Source of the DNA: Mycobacterium tuberculosis H37Rv
Lineage (GTDB): Bacteria > Actinomycetota > Actinomycetes > Mycobacteriales > Mycobacteriaceae
Assembly (NCBI RefSeq): GCF_000195955.2
Contig: NC_000962.3
Span: 960,001 to 992,000, forward strand
Length of the DNA: 32,000 nucleotides
Direction of reading: 5' to 3'
Shown here: positions 12,546-25,530 of the stretch, piece after piece
Position numbering within the stretch: position 1 is the first letter of the stretch
Layout of the letters: the number at the start of each line of letters is the position of its first letter
Notes under the pieces: generated by a model
What the model saw: the letters and a program-made list of their open reading frames with translations, nothing else
Databases searched by the model: none
What the model was told of the DNA's origin: nothing
Position numbers and translations under genes: made by a program

Positions 12546-13706
12546 CTATTCCATGTCGTCGACAAACAGCGCCATCGATGCGGTGAATCCGTGCAGGGCA
12601 TTGCGGCCCGCGATCGGGCCGATCTCTCCGGCGGCGAAGAAGCCGGCAAGCGGAATTCCGCCTAGGAGTTCCTCGATCGTCGACGCGTCGTGGTCGGCGA
12701 CCCCGAACATCCGCCGCCCCCGCCCGTTGCAGGTGAACAACAGCGCTCCAGCCGCGCGTCCGGGCAGCCGCGCCGCGGCCCGCTCCACGGTCAGGCGTAG
12801 GTCCTTGTCGGCCCCGGCCGCGTCACGGACCTGGAACTGCATGGTGGCGCCGACCTGGACAACCTCGTCGATCTCGATCGACCCGGTCGACGGGTCGGCG
12901 CCGAGCAGCCCGCGGATCACGAAATCGCCCTGACCCGGAGCCGCCAGGTGCTCGTCGACGACGATCCCGATCTGTAGGCCGTGGCTGACGAGTGCCCTTT
13001 CGTCGGGCGACAGCCCCTCGACGATCTCACGCAGTCGCTGCAACGGCGGACGGCCGCCGAGCTCGGTGATCAGTATGCCGTCCGCGCCGGTGACGATGTA
13101 TGGGTAGCCGATCGGCCGGCAACCCTGCGACACGACCGGGACACCGCGCATCCCGGGCAGGCGCACGCCGACGACGCCGGAGGTGAGCACGTCGTGATCG
13201 CGGAACAGCCGGGTGTCGCCCCGCCGGCGCCCGCCGCTCACCACGCCGCCCACGACGGCGGTGCCCGGCAGGTCGGTGTTGGGGTGCTCGATGAGCAGGT
13301 TCGACGGGAATGTGTACGGGTCCGGCAGCAGCAGATGCAGATCCCGGGCGGTGCGGTCGAACCGATAACCGGTGATCAGGGCACCCGAGCCGGTACGGAC
13401 AAAGTCCAGCTGGAATGTCTCGGCGGCCAAGCCGGACGCCAGCCACACCACCACCGCGGGCTCGTCCTCGATCTCGTGGCGGCCGGCGACGATGGCCTGG
13501 GCGATGCAACCGACAAGCGCGGGCGGATCGATCATCTGCAGCACCGCGCTCAGGACGTCGGCAGCCCGGTCGGTGTGTGCACGCGATCCAAGCAACACCG
13601 CCAGCGACGGCGCCTCACCCGCCAGCTCGTCGCGCGCCTGGCCCGCAGCCTCCACCGCGGCCTGCCGCGCGTCGGGCGTGGTGCAAACCCCGACTCCGAT
13701 CCGCAC
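12546..13706 (-). CDS. FIST N/C domain protein (Rv0874c)
   Basis: 386 aa; [28 protein letters not shown]... and [16 protein letters not shown]...[17 protein letters not shown] typical of FIST_N/FIST_C. Confidence 0.88.
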
Positions 13707-13805
13707 AGTTCCATGATGCGCCGATGTGCCCCGGGTGTCGGCGGCTCTTCGGACCGTTGGCGCCGACCGCGCTTAAGCGCGGTCGGCCGTCGAGCCGCGG
13801 CCTCG

Positions 13806-14294
13806 TCAAAAGATAAGGCGCACCGACCATTCCGCGTGCGGAACGTCGCGTAGTTCACCCGAGTGGTCGACCACCAACGTCAGCAACTGCACGACAATCC
13901 CGGTCAGCCGCCCGCGCTGCGGGTCGACAGTGGGGATGGTGACCGCCAACCGGGTGTCCGGCCGAAACAAGGTGCTGGTGGTGTTGGCGGGGTCCTGGTA
14001 TACCTGCAGCAAACGCCACGGCGCCCGGGAAATGACTTCGGGTACCGAGAGCTGCACGGGATAGCGTTCGCTTACCGGCAATTCGCCCTGCGCCTGCGGG
14101 GTCTGACAGTCGTCGAGGTCGACCACGTTGCAGTACAAATAGGGCCCCACGCGGGTCAGGTGCCCGTGCGAGTAAGCGCTGATCTCGGGTTGCTGCGGAC
14201 CGTGTCCGCGTACTAGCAGCCATGCACCGGCCCCGGCCGCCACCGAGAGCAGAATCACCAGGATCACCGGCAGCGTTGCGACACCGCGCTTCAC
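13806..14294 (-). CDS. Probable exported/membrane-anchored protein (Rv0875c)
   Basis: 162 aa with hydrophobic N-terminus LPVILVILLSVAAGAGAWLLVRG. Confidence 0.85.
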   Translation of the reverse strand: MKRGVATLPVILVILLSVAAGAGAWLLVRGHGPQQPEISAYSHGHLTRVGPYLYCNVVDLDDCQTPQAQGELPVSERYPVQLSVPEVISRAPWRLLQVYQDPANTTSTLFRPDTRLAVTIPTVDPQRGRLTGIVVQLLTLVVDHSGELRDVPHAEWSVRLIF

Positions 14295-15937
14295 TGCGGC
14301 GCCACCGCCGCACCACGACGGGTGGTTTCTTGCTCGGCCATCACGGGCCGATTACCGCCCAGGCCAGGGATCAGCGAATCGCCGCGGAAGCTGACGATGG
14401 TCTGAGCCAGACCCAGGATCAGCAGCGCGCTCACCGCAGTGAAGCCCACCCACAGCTCGGTGTACACCAACACGCCCACCGCGCCGCCCAGCACCCAGGC
14501 CAGCTGAAGAGTCGACTCGGAACGCCCAAACCCCGATGCCCGCGACTCCTCGGGCAGGTCGTGCTGCAACGAGGCGTCCAGCGAGGCTTTAGCAATGGCA
14601 CTGGACCCTGCCGTGATCAGGGTGGCAATCGCTGTCGCTGCCAGGCTGCCGGCCACCGCGGCCGCGATGGCTAACACGGTAACTAGCACGGTGCAGCGCA
14701 CCACCAGCACAGCTGGCCTGCCTAGCTGCAGGCGTGCGCTGGTGAAATTGCCGGCGAAGTTGCCGACCGCGGCCGCCGCGCCGATCAGGCCCAGCATGCC
14801 CAATTGCACCCACCCGTTGGCTTCGTGCGCCTTGGCGACAAACGCCGGATACAAGAACAGAAAGCCGACCATCACCTTGATGGTGCAGTTACCCCACAGG
14901 GAGGTAATGATGTTGCGGCCCAACGGTTGTCGGAGTGTTCCGCCGAGGTTCTTGACTTCCTCCGGCCAGCGTCGCCGTAGTCTGCCCCTATCCCGGTGGT
15001 AGCTCAATGTGGCCGGGACCTCACCGCTGGTCACCTCGACCCAGCGCGGAATGCGCATCGACAGCGAAGCGCCAGCGATGGTGATCGCGACGACGACGAA
15101 CAACGCGCCCGGCAGCTGGAACAGGTGGGTGCAGACGAATTCGACTCCGGCCGCAATCGCGCCACCAGCGATGGTGCCGCCGAGCAGGCCGAACACGGTC
15201 AGCCGTGAGTTGACCCGGACCAAGTCGATGGTTGGCGGCATCACCCTCGGTGTCACTGCGCTGCGCAGCACGCTGAACGACTTCGAGAACACCATCATGG
15301 CCAGCGCACAGGGATAGAGCACCCATGACGGGAAGCTGCCGGTGGCGCCGTCGTAGTTCATGATCAGCACCACCGCCAACGCGGTCCGAAGTCCGAATGA
15401 CAGCGCCAAGGCGACGCGACGGCCATGCTGCAGCCGGTCGAGTGCCGGACCGATGAGTGGAGCGATCACGGCGAACGGCGCGATGGTGATCAACAGGTAC
15501 AAGGCGACCCTGGACTTGCTCTCCCCGCTGGCGGCCGCAAAGAATAGTGTGTTTGCCAGTGCTACCGCCATTGCCGAGTCGACCGCGAAGTTCGCCATTA
15601 CCGGCCAGGTCAATGCCGTCAGTCCAGACTTGTCGGCGCCGTCTGCGGTAGCGGCCCGGTGCACCAGCAAGTACATCCGAGAACCCATTTCGCGGCTGCG
15701 CATGGCCGCGGCGCGGGTGACGGTGATCCGCTCGCCCGCCCTTGTAGTCCGTGGCGGTACGCGGCTGCGTTCAGGTTCGGGCTGCTCGCCCAGCGGCGGG
15801 AGATAGCGGTTGGCACTGGGCATCGGCGGAGGTCGACGCGATCGGCGATAGTTGGCGTCGTCGGGAGGGTAGTTGGCCATGCCAGGGTGCCCGTTGACCG
15901 ATCCGTTTCGGGTCCGGCGGCCCGGGGTTGGGGCCAT
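14291..15937 (-). CDS. MFS-type membrane transporter (Rv0876c) with long basic N-terminal extension
   Basis: 548 aa from ATG 15937; multiple TM stretches; 4-bp overlap with Rv0875c. Confidence 0.87.
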   Translation of the reverse strand: MAPTPGRRTRNGSVNGHPGMANYPPDDANYRRSRRPPPMPSANRYLPPLGEQPEPERSRVPPRTTRAGERITVTRAAAMRSREMGSRMYLLVHRAATADGADKSGLTALTWPVMANFAVDSAMAVALANTLFFAAASGESKSRVALYLLITIAPFAVIAPLIGPALDRLQHGRRVALALSFGLRTALAVVLIMNYDGATGSFPSWVLYPCALAMMVFSKSFSVLRSAVTPRVMPPTIDLVRVNSRLTVFGLLGGTIAGGAIAAGVEFVCTHLFQLPGALFVVVAITIAGASLSMRIPRWVEVTSGEVPATLSYHRDRGRLRRRWPEEVKNLGGTLRQPLGRNIITSLWGNCTIKVMVGFLFLYPAFVAKAHEANGWVQLGMLGLIGAAAAVGNFAGNFTSARLQLGRPAVLVVRCTVLVTVLAIAAAVAGSLAATAIATLITAGSSAIAKASLDASLQHDLPEESRASGFGRSESTLQLAWVLGGAVGVLVYTELWVGFTAVSALLILGLAQTIVSFRGDSLIPGLGGNRPVMAEQETTRRGAAVAPQ

Positions 15938-16074
15938 CCGGCCCGGATGATCACCTCGCCGTCCGGACACAAATCAATTCTGTCCTATCCGGACTCCTGG
16001 CGTAGCCAACCGGGTGTGGCTTGCCGGCCGTGTCTTCCGGCAGTATTGGAAGCGCGTTACAGAGAGGGGACAGC

Positions 16075-16863
16075 GTGACCGGGCCCACCGAGGAGTCTGC
16101 CGTGGCGACTGTGGCCGACTGGCCCGAGGGGTTAGCGGCGGTGCTCAGGGGTGCGGCCGACCAAGCCAGGGCCGCCGTTGTGGAGTTCAGCGGCCCGGAG
16201 GCGGTGGGAGACTACCTGGGCGTCAGCTACGAGGATGGCAACGCCGCCACCCACCGGTTCATCGCGCATCTGCCTGGCTACCAGGGATGGCAATGGGCCG
16301 TCGTGGTGGCGAGCTATTCCGGTGCGGACCATGCCACGATCAGCGAGGTGGTGCTGGTCCCGGGGCCTACCGCACTGCTGGCGCCGGATTGGGTGCCGTG
16401 GGAGCAACGGGTGCGGCCGGGAGACTTGAGCCCCGGAGATCTGCTGGCGCCGGCGAAGGATGATCCGCGGCTGGTTCCGGGTTACACCGCCAGTGGTGAT
16501 GCGCAGGTTGACGAGACCGCCGCAGAGATCGGGTTGGGTCGGCGCTGGGTGATGAGCGCCTGGGGTCGCGCCCAGTCGGCCCAACGGTGGCACGACGGCG
16601 ACTATGGTCCCGGCTCTGCTATGGCGCGGTCGACGAAACGCGTCTGCCGCGACTGCGGTTTCTTCCTGCCGCTGGCCGGGTCGCTGGGCGCAATGTTCGG
16701 GGTATGTGGTAACGAACTGTCCGCTGACGGGCATGTTGTCGATAGGCAATACGGCTGTGGCGCCCATTCCGACACCACTGCGCCGGCCGGTGGCAGCACA
16801 CCCATTTATGAGCCGTACGACGACGGTGTGCTCGACATCATCGAGAAGCCGGCTGAATCATAG
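16075..16863 (+). CDS. Conserved protein (Rv0877), DUF3027-like
   Basis: GTG at 16075, 262 aa; [32 protein letters not shown]...[44 protein letters not shown]. Confidence 0.85.
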   Translation: MTGPTEESAVATVADWPEGLAAVLRGAADQARAAVVEFSGPEAVGDYLGVSYEDGNAATHRFIAHLPGYQGWQWAVVVASYSGADHATISEVVLVPGPTALLAPDWVPWEQRVRPGDLSPGDLLAPAKDDPRLVPGYTASGDAQVDETAAEIGLGRRWVMSAWGRAQSAQRWHDGDYGPGSAMARSTKRVCRDCGFFLPLAGSLGAMFGVCGNELSADGHVVDRQYGCGAHSDTTAPAGGSTPIYEPYDDGVLDIIEKPAES

Positions 16864-16871
16864 GTTTTCTC

Positions 16872-18236
<1,365 letters not shown>

Positions 18237-18480
18237 CTAGCCACCACGACGGCGGGACCCGGCTGCCGCGATCCGCGCCGGCGGGCCTCGGTCGACTACA
18301 GTGGCGCGATCGCTCGACAACTTGAGCACCTTGGCAAACGACGGTATGTCCAATCGCGGCACATTGTCGGGGTTTTCATCGAAATCCTGTCGCCAACCCC
18401 GACAGCCGGGTTCCGGGAAGCCGGGTGTCGCAGTGGTTTAGGTGTCGACGTTGAACACCCGGGCAGGCAACCGGCCGTGG

Positions 18481-18756
18481 CTATTTCGGGTCGAGATAGG
18501 TTTCGAGTCCGGCTTGTGCGCCGCGTGCGCCACGGCGGGCAGCGGCGAGCTGCCAGACGAAGATGGTCGTGCCGAGCAACCCTGTTGCCAGCCCGGCCAC
18601 TGTCACCGGACGCCAACTTGCGAGGCCAGGCACGACGAATGCGGCCACCGCGGCGACCAGCCAGGCGAGCGCGCCGACCGCGATCACCGGCCACACCTCG
18701 AGCAGCACGGGTGGTAGCGGTGGCGGCTCGCGAATCTGACTATTTTCGACGCTCAT
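18481..18756 (-). CDS. Small membrane protein (Rv0879c), DUF2530-like
   Basis: 91 aa with two TM segments (VIAVGALAWLVAAVAAFVVPG; VTVAGLATGLLGTTIFVWQL). Confidence 0.85.
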   Translation of the reverse strand: MSVENSQIREPPPLPPVLLEVWPVIAVGALAWLVAAVAAFVVPGLASWRPVTVAGLATGLLGTTIFVWQLAAARRGARGAQAGLETYLDPK

Positions 18757-18933
18757 CCCGAGTCAACATAGCGCGGCGATGATGCGTCGGCGAACGGCCC
18801 GGGGTGGGTGGCTTCCGCACCAGCGGGAGGTACCACCACCTGCTGGTGGGTCGTCGGCCGGCAATGGGTGGAACCGAAATCGTCGTTCGCCGTTTCAGAT
18901 GCCCTAGTCTGAACTTCCGTTGTAACCTCAGCT

Positions 18934-19365
18934 GTGCTTGACAGCGATGCGCGGCTGGCCAGCGACTTGTCATTGGCGGTCATGCGGCTCTCCCGCCAAC
19001 TGCGGTTTCGGAACCCGTCATCGCCGGTCTCGCTGTCCCAGCTCTCAGCGTTGACGACGCTGGCCAATGAGGGCGCGATGACCCCGGGTGCGTTGGCGAT
19101 TCGTGAACGGGTCCGGCCACCGTCGATGACCAGGGTGATCGCCTCATTGGCCGACATGGGTTTTGTAGACCGCGCCCCACACCCCATCGACGGTCGGCAG
19201 GTGCTGGTCTCGGTGTCGGAATCGGGCGCCGAATTGGTCAAGGCGGCACGGCGGGCCCGGCAGGAGTGGCTGGCTGAGCGGCTCGCGACGCTGAACCGCA
19301 GCGAGCGTGACATCCTGCGCAGCGCCGCCGATCTGATGCTGGCTCTGGTCGACGAAAGCCCGTGA
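18934..19365 (+). CDS. MarR-family transcriptional regulator (Rv0880)
   Basis: 143 aa wHTH: [59 protein letters not shown]. Confidence 0.94.
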
Positions 19366-20228
19366 CCGAAGGCCGTTGTGCCCAGCACCCCGACGGCCTC
19401 GATGTTCAGGACGTCTGCGATCCCGACGACCCACGGCTCGACGATTTCCGTGACCTGAACAGCATCGACCGTCGTCCCGATCTGCCGACCGGCAAGGCGT
19501 TGGTGATCGCCGAGGGTGTGCTGGTGGTGCAGCGCATGCTGGCCTCACGGTTCACGCCGCTGGCGCTGTTCGGCACCGACCGCCGGCTGGCCGAGCTCAA
19601 GGATGATCTGGCCGGTGTCGGCGCGCCGTACTATCGAGCGTCGGCTGATGTCATGGCACGGGTGATCGGCTTCCATCTCAATCGTGGGGTGTTGGCAGCC
19701 GCGGGCCGGGTGCCGGAGCCGAGCGTTGCTCAGGTGGTCGCCGGGGCGCGCACCGTCGCAGTGTTGGAAGGCGTTAACGACCATGAGAACCTGGGCTCGA
19801 TCTTCCGCAACGCGGCAGGGCTGAGCGTGGACGCGGTAGTGTTCGGCACCGGCTGCGCTGATCCGCTCTACCGTCGTGCGGTCCGGGTATCCATGGGACA
19901 CGCGTTATTGGTGCCATATGCACGCGCGGCCGACTGGCCCACCGAACTTATGACGTTGAAAGAGAGCGGCTTTCGACTGTTGGCGATGACCCCACACGGC
20001 AACGCGTGCAAACTACCGGAGGCCATCGCCGCGGTGTCGCACGAACGGATTGCGCTACTGGTGGGCGCGGAGGGCCCGGGCCTAACGGCGGCCGCACTGC
20101 GGATTAGCGATGTGCGGGTGCGCATTCCGATGTCCCGAGGGACCGACTCCCTCAACGTCGCGACGGCGGCCGCATTGGCTTTCTACGAGCGGACTAGGTC
20201 GGGCCATCACATTGGGCCCGGCACGTGA
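19362..20228 (+). CDS. SpoU/TrmH-family RNA 2'-O-methyltransferase (Rv0881)
   Basis: 288 aa; [53 protein letters not shown] motifs; 4-bp overlap with Rv0880. Confidence 0.94.
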
Positions 20229-20509
20229 ACGATCAGCGCGACCAAGCCGTGCCCTGGGCAACGGGTTTGGCGGTCGCCGGCTTCGTCGCCGCAGTCATCG
20301 CGGTTGCGGTCGTGGTGCTGAGCCTCGGCCTGATCCGCGTGCATCCGCTGTTGGCCGTCGGTCTCAACATTGTGGCGGTCAGCGGGTTGGCCCCTACGCT
20401 GTGGGGCTGGCGCCGCACCCCAGTGCTGCGCTGGTTCGTGCTTGGCGCGGCAGTGGGCGTGGCGGGCGCGTGGTTGGCGCTGCTCGCCTTGACGTTGGGG
20501 GACGGCTAG
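20225..20509 (+). CDS. Small transmembrane protein (Rv0882)
   Basis: 94 aa, three hydrophobic stretches; 4-bp overlap with Rv0881. Confidence 0.87.
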   Translation: MNDQRDQAVPWATGLAVAGFVAAVIAVAVVVLSLGLIRVHPLLAVGLNIVAVSGLAPTLWGWRRTPVLRWFVLGAAVGVAGAWLALLALTLGDG

Positions 20510-21267
20510 CGACGCCCGCCTGAGCGCACCCCGAGCAGCACATCTTCCCAGGCAGGTATGGCGGGTTTGCCTCGTCGGTTGCTGACCGGCTGTGCGGACG
20601 GCACCGTGAGCGTCGGCTGTGCGGGCTCGGGCTCATCGAAGTCGAGATGGGCGACCGGCGCCAACGGCCGTAGCGGGCGATTGAAGGTGGGGTTGATCAG
20701 CTCATGGGCCGTGTCGTCGATCGCGGTGGCGGTTCCGCCGTGGGCGCCGGGGGTGAAGCGGAAATGCGCCAGGTTGTCGGAGCGGCCAGCCTTCCAGGCA
20801 AGCTGCACCGTCCAGCGACTGTCCTCGTTGCGCCACGCGTCCCAGGTGAGGCTGTCGGGGTTAAGGCCGCGTGCCACCAGGGCCGCGGCGACGGTCTCCT
20901 GCATGGTCAGCACCGCCGGGCCGTCGGCCAGGACCGGGTGCGCCGCGGTTGCCAGCTCGGCCGCGCGCGAGCGTTCCAACAGTACCGGGTGGGCAAACCG
21001 GCGGATACGGGCGATGTCGGAGCCCGATGCCGCAGCGACCTGTTCGACAGACGCGCCGGCCCGAATTCGGGCCTGAATCTCCTTGGGGCTCAGCACGTTG
21101 GTGACCTCGATGTCCAGCTGGGCTTGCTCCGGCTGGACGGAGTCGTCCCGTAGCGCCGCCCGCAGTCGGTCGTCGACCGGCAGCTTGAACTGTTCGGACG
21201 GGATGGCACCCTGGCAGATGATGTTTTTGCCGTCGGCATCGAGCCCAACGACTTTGAGTTCCCGCAT
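20506..21267 (-). CDS. sepH: SepH-family septation protein, DUF3071 (Rv0883c)
   Basis: 253 aa; MRELKVVGLDADGKNIIC...LSPKEIQARIRAGASVEQVAAASG...DSLTWDAWRNEDSRWTVQLAWKAG. Confidence 0.9.
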   Translation of the reverse strand: MRELKVVGLDADGKNIICQGAIPSEQFKLPVDDRLRAALRDDSVQPEQAQLDIEVTNVLSPKEIQARIRAGASVEQVAAASGSDIARIRRFAHPVLLERSRAAELATAAHPVLADGPAVLTMQETVAAALVARGLNPDSLTWDAWRNEDSRWTVQLAWKAGRSDNLAHFRFTPGAHGGTATAIDDTAHELINPTFNRPLRPLAPVAHLDFDEPEPAQPTLTVPSAQPVSNRRGKPAIPAWEDVLLGVRSGGRR

Positions 21268-21384
21268 GGCTTCTCCTCGCAGGCTCCGGGCAGGACAACG
21301 CCGGACCTGTTACGTGCGCACTCTAGTGCGGTAAACGCCGTTAGCCTCGTTGACACGCGGAGGTGTCTTGCCGGCATGGCGCTG

Positions 21385-21405
21385 GTGACCGGAATGCCCG
21401 GTCAC
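21385..21405 (-). terminator. Candidate intrinsic hairpin downstream of serC (no U-tract)
   Basis: Perfect 8-bp inverted repeat GTGACCGG-AATGC-CCGGTCAC 19 bp beyond the serC stop. Confidence 0.45.
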
Positions 21406-21423
21406 AGCCGCACTAAGGCAGCG

Positions 21424-22668
<1,245 letters not shown>

Positions 22669-22699
22669 TCATAGTGTCGCCAAGGGTCTGGATAATTCC

Positions 22700-22716
22700 C
22701 GGTACCAGCGGTACCG
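22700..22716. promoter_or_regulatory. Inverted repeat, possible operator upstream of Rv0885
   Basis: CGGTACC-AGC-GGTACCG, perfect 7-bp arms, 4 nt beyond a candidate -10 (GATAAT, 22691-22696). Confidence 0.4.
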
Positions 22717-22761
22717 TGTTCGATACCCGTGCGGACGCACACCTCGGTGGGGAGGCTTCGA

Positions 22762-23784
22762 ATGGACAGGACGCGCATAGTTCGGCGGTGGCGCCGCAAC
22801 ATGGACGTGGCCGACGACGCCGAGTACGTGGAAATGCTGGCCACACTGTCCGAGGGGTCTGTGCGGCGGAATTTCAACCCGTACACCGATATCGACTGGG
22901 AGTCGCCGGAGTTCGCCGTCACGGACAACGATCCCCGGTGGATCCTCCCGGCGACCGATCCGTTGGGCCGCCACCCCTGGTACCAGGCGCAGTCGCGGGA
23001 ACGCCAGATCGAGATCGGGATGTGGCGCCAGGCCAACGTGGCCAAGGTCGGGCTGCACTTCGAATCCATCCTGATTCGCGGCCTGATGAACTACACGTTC
23101 TGGATGCCCAACGGCTCACCGGAATACCGGTATTGCCTGCACGAATCGGTCGAAGAGTGCAACCACACCATGATGTTCCAGGAGATGGTCAACCGTGTCG
23201 GCGCGGACGTTCCGGGGCTGCCACGGCGGCTGCGGTGGGTTTCACCGCTGGTTCCGCTGGTGGCCGGACCATTGCCGGTGGCCTTCTTCATCGGCGTGCT
23301 CGCTGGGGAGGAGCCCATCGACCACACGCAAAAGAACGTGTTGCGCGAAGGCAAGTCGCTGCATCCGATCATGGAACGAGTGATGTCCATTCACGTGGCC
23401 GAGGAAGCGCGGCACATCTCGTTCGCCCACGAGTACTTGCGTAAGCGGCTGCCGCGCCTGACCCGGATGCAGCGGTTCTGGATCTCGCTCTACTTCCCCC
23501 TGACGATGCGGTCGTTGTGCAACGCGATCGTGGTGCCGCCCAAGGCATTCTGGGAGGAATTCGACATCCCGCGCGAGGTCAAGAAGGAGTTGTTCTTCGG
23601 CTCGCCGGAGTCGCGAAAGTGGTTGTGCGACATGTTTGCCGACGCCCGCATGCTGGCCCACGATACCGGATTGATGAACCCGATCGCTCGGCTAGTGTGG
23701 CGACTCTGCAAGATCGACGGCAAGCCGTCGCGCTACCGCAGCGAGCCGCAGCGTCAGCACTTGGCTGCCGCGCCGGCCGCATAG
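22762..23784 (+). CDS. AurF-like non-heme diiron oxygenase family protein (Rv0885)
   Basis: 340 aa from ATG 22762; spaced E / ExxH / E / HxxxExxH pattern (HFESIL, HESVEECNH, GEEPIDH, HVAEEARH) as in AurF. Confidence 0.85.
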   Translation: MDRTRIVRRWRRNMDVADDAEYVEMLATLSEGSVRRNFNPYTDIDWESPEFAVTDNDPRWILPATDPLGRHPWYQAQSRERQIEIGMWRQANVAKVGLHFESILIRGLMNYTFWMPNGSPEYRYCLHESVEECNHTMMFQEMVNRVGADVPGLPRRLRWVSPLVPLVAGPLPVAFFIGVLAGEEPIDHTQKNVLREGKSLHPIMERVMSIHVAEEARHISFAHEYLRKRLPRLTRMQRFWISLYFPLTMRSLCNAIVVPPKAFWEEFDIPREVKKELFFGSPESRKWLCDMFADARMLAHDTGLMNPIARLVWRLCKIDGKPSRYRSEPQRQHLAAAPAA

Positions 23785-23802
23785 CTTGCTACGAGTGCAC
23801 GC

Positions 23803-25530
23803 ATGCCGCACGTAATTACTCAGTCGTGCTGCAACGACGCGTCCTGCGTCTTCGCATGTCCGGTGAACTGCATCCACCCGACGCCGGACGAGCCGGGCTT
23901 CGCGACCTCGGAAATGCTCTATATCGATCCGGTGGCCTGCGTGGACTGTGGTGCCTGCGTAACCGCCTGCCCGGTCAGCGCGATCGCGCCGAACACCCGG
24001 TTGGACTTCGAGCAGCTGCCGTTCGTCGAAATCAATGCGTCGTATTACCCGAAGCGGCCCGCCGGCGTGAAGCTAGCGCCGACGTCGAAGCTGGCTCCGG
24101 TGACTCCGGCCGCCGAGGTGCGTGTGCGCCGGCAGCCGCTGACGGTAGCCGTCGTCGGGTCCGGGCCCGCGGCGATGTATGCCGCCGATGAGCTGCTGGT
24201 CCAGCAGGGAGTGCAGGTCAACGTCTTTGAGAAGCTGCCGACACCCTACGGGCTGGTGCGCTCCGGGGTGGCGCCGGATCACCAGAACACCAAGCGGGTC
24301 ACGCGACTATTTGACCGGATCGCCGGTCATCGCCGCTTCCGGTTCTATCTCAACGTCGAGATCGGCAAGCATCTAGGCCATGCCGAGCTATTGGCCCACC
24401 ATCACGCCGTGCTGTACGCGGTCGGAGCGCCCGACGACCGCCGGCTGACGATTGACGGGATGGGACTGCCGGGCACCGGTACCGCCACGGAGCTGGTCGC
24501 GTGGCTCAACGGACATCCCGACTTCAACGATCTGCCAGTCGATCTCAGTCACGAACGCGTGGTGATCATCGGCAACGGGAATGTCGCGCTCGACGTGGCG
24601 CGCGTGCTTGCGGCCGATCCGCACGAGCTGGCCGCCACCGACATCGCCGACCACGCGTTGTCCGCGTTACGCAACTCGGCGGTCCGTGAGGTGGTGGTCG
24701 CCGCCCGCCGCGGTCCTGCCCATTCGGCGTTCACCCTGCCCGAGCTGATCGGGCTCACGGCCGGAGCCGACGTCGTGCTTGACCCGGGAGATCATCAGCG
24801 AGTACTCGATGATCTGGCAATCGTTGCCGATCCGTTGACCAGGAACAAGCTGGAGATCTTGAGCACGCTGGGGGACGGGTCGGCGCCTGCGCGACGAGTC
24901 GGGCGCCCGCGGATCCGGCTGGCCTATCGGCTCACGCCGCGGCGCGTCCTCGGCCAGCGGCGGGCCGGCGGAGTTCAGTTCTCGGTCACCGGAACCGACG
25001 AGCTGCGCCAACTGGATGCTGGCCTGGTGCTGACGTCGATTGGCTACCGCGGCAAGCCGATTCCCGACCTGCCGTTCGACGAGCAGGCCGCGCTCGTGCC
25101 CAACGATGGTGGACGGGTCATCGACCCGGGCACCGGCGAGCCGGTGCCCGGCGCATACGTCGCGGGTTGGATCAAGCGCGGGCCCACCGGGTTCATCGGC
25201 ACGAACAAGTCCTGCTCTATGCAGACCGTTCAGGCGTTGGTGGCCGACTTCAACGACGGCCGGCTGACCGATCCGGTGGCTACACCGACGGCGCTGGATC
25301 AGCTGGTGCAGGCCCGCCAGCCCCAAGCCATCGGCTGTGCGGGATGGCGGGCCATCGACGCGGCCGAGATTGCGCGCGGCAGCGCCGACGGCCGGGTCCG
25401 CAACAAGTTCACCGACGTCGCCGAGATGCTCGCGGCAGCAACCAGCGCGCCTAAGGAACCGCTTCGGCGGCGCGTGCTGGCCCGGCTGCGTGACCTGGGG
25501 CAGCCGATCGTGCTAACCGTCCCCTTGTGA
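23803..25530 (+). CDS. fprB: Ferredoxin/ferredoxin-NADP reductase fusion (Rv0886)
   Basis: 575 aa; N-terminal cysteine clusters (CCNDASCVFACPVNC...CVDCGACVTACPVSAI) fused to an adrenodoxin-reductase-like domain (VVGSGPAAMYAADELL). Confidence 0.96.
   Translation: MPHVITQSCCNDASCVFACPVNCIHPTPDEPGFATSEMLYIDPVACVDCGACVTACPVSAIAPNTRLDFEQLPFVEINASYYPKRPAGVKLAPTSKLAPVTPAAEVRVRRQPLTVAVVGSGPAAMYAADELLVQQGVQVNVFEKLPTPYGLVRSGVAPDHQNTKRVTRLFDRIAGHRRFRFYLNVEIGKHLGHAELLAHHHAVLYAVGAPDDRRLTIDGMGLPGTGTATELVAWLNGHPDFNDLPVDLSHERVVIIGNGNVALDVARVLAADPHELAATDIADHALSALRNSAVREVVVAARRGPAHSAFTLPELIGLTAGADVVLDPGDHQRVLDDLAIVADPLTRNKLEILSTLGDGSAPARRVGRPRIRLAYRLTPRRVLGQRRAGGVQFSVTGTDELRQLDAGLVLTSIGYRGKPIPDLPFDEQAALVPNDGGRVIDPGTGEPVPGAYVAGWIKRGPTGFIGTNKSCSMQTVQALVADFNDGRLTDPVATPTALDQLVQARQPQAIGCAGWRAIDAAEIARGSADGRVRNKFTDVAEMLAAATSAPKEPLRRRVLARLRDLGQPIVLTVPL

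Noticed and set aside
15961-15995. TCCGGAC repeated 26 bp apart upstream of Rv0876c/Rv0877
   Set aside because: Short, GC-rich motif likely by chance at this base composition; no supporting context.
23517-24191. 224-aa ORF overlapping the Rv0885/fprB junction
   Set aside because: Out of frame with two confident genes; no domain features.
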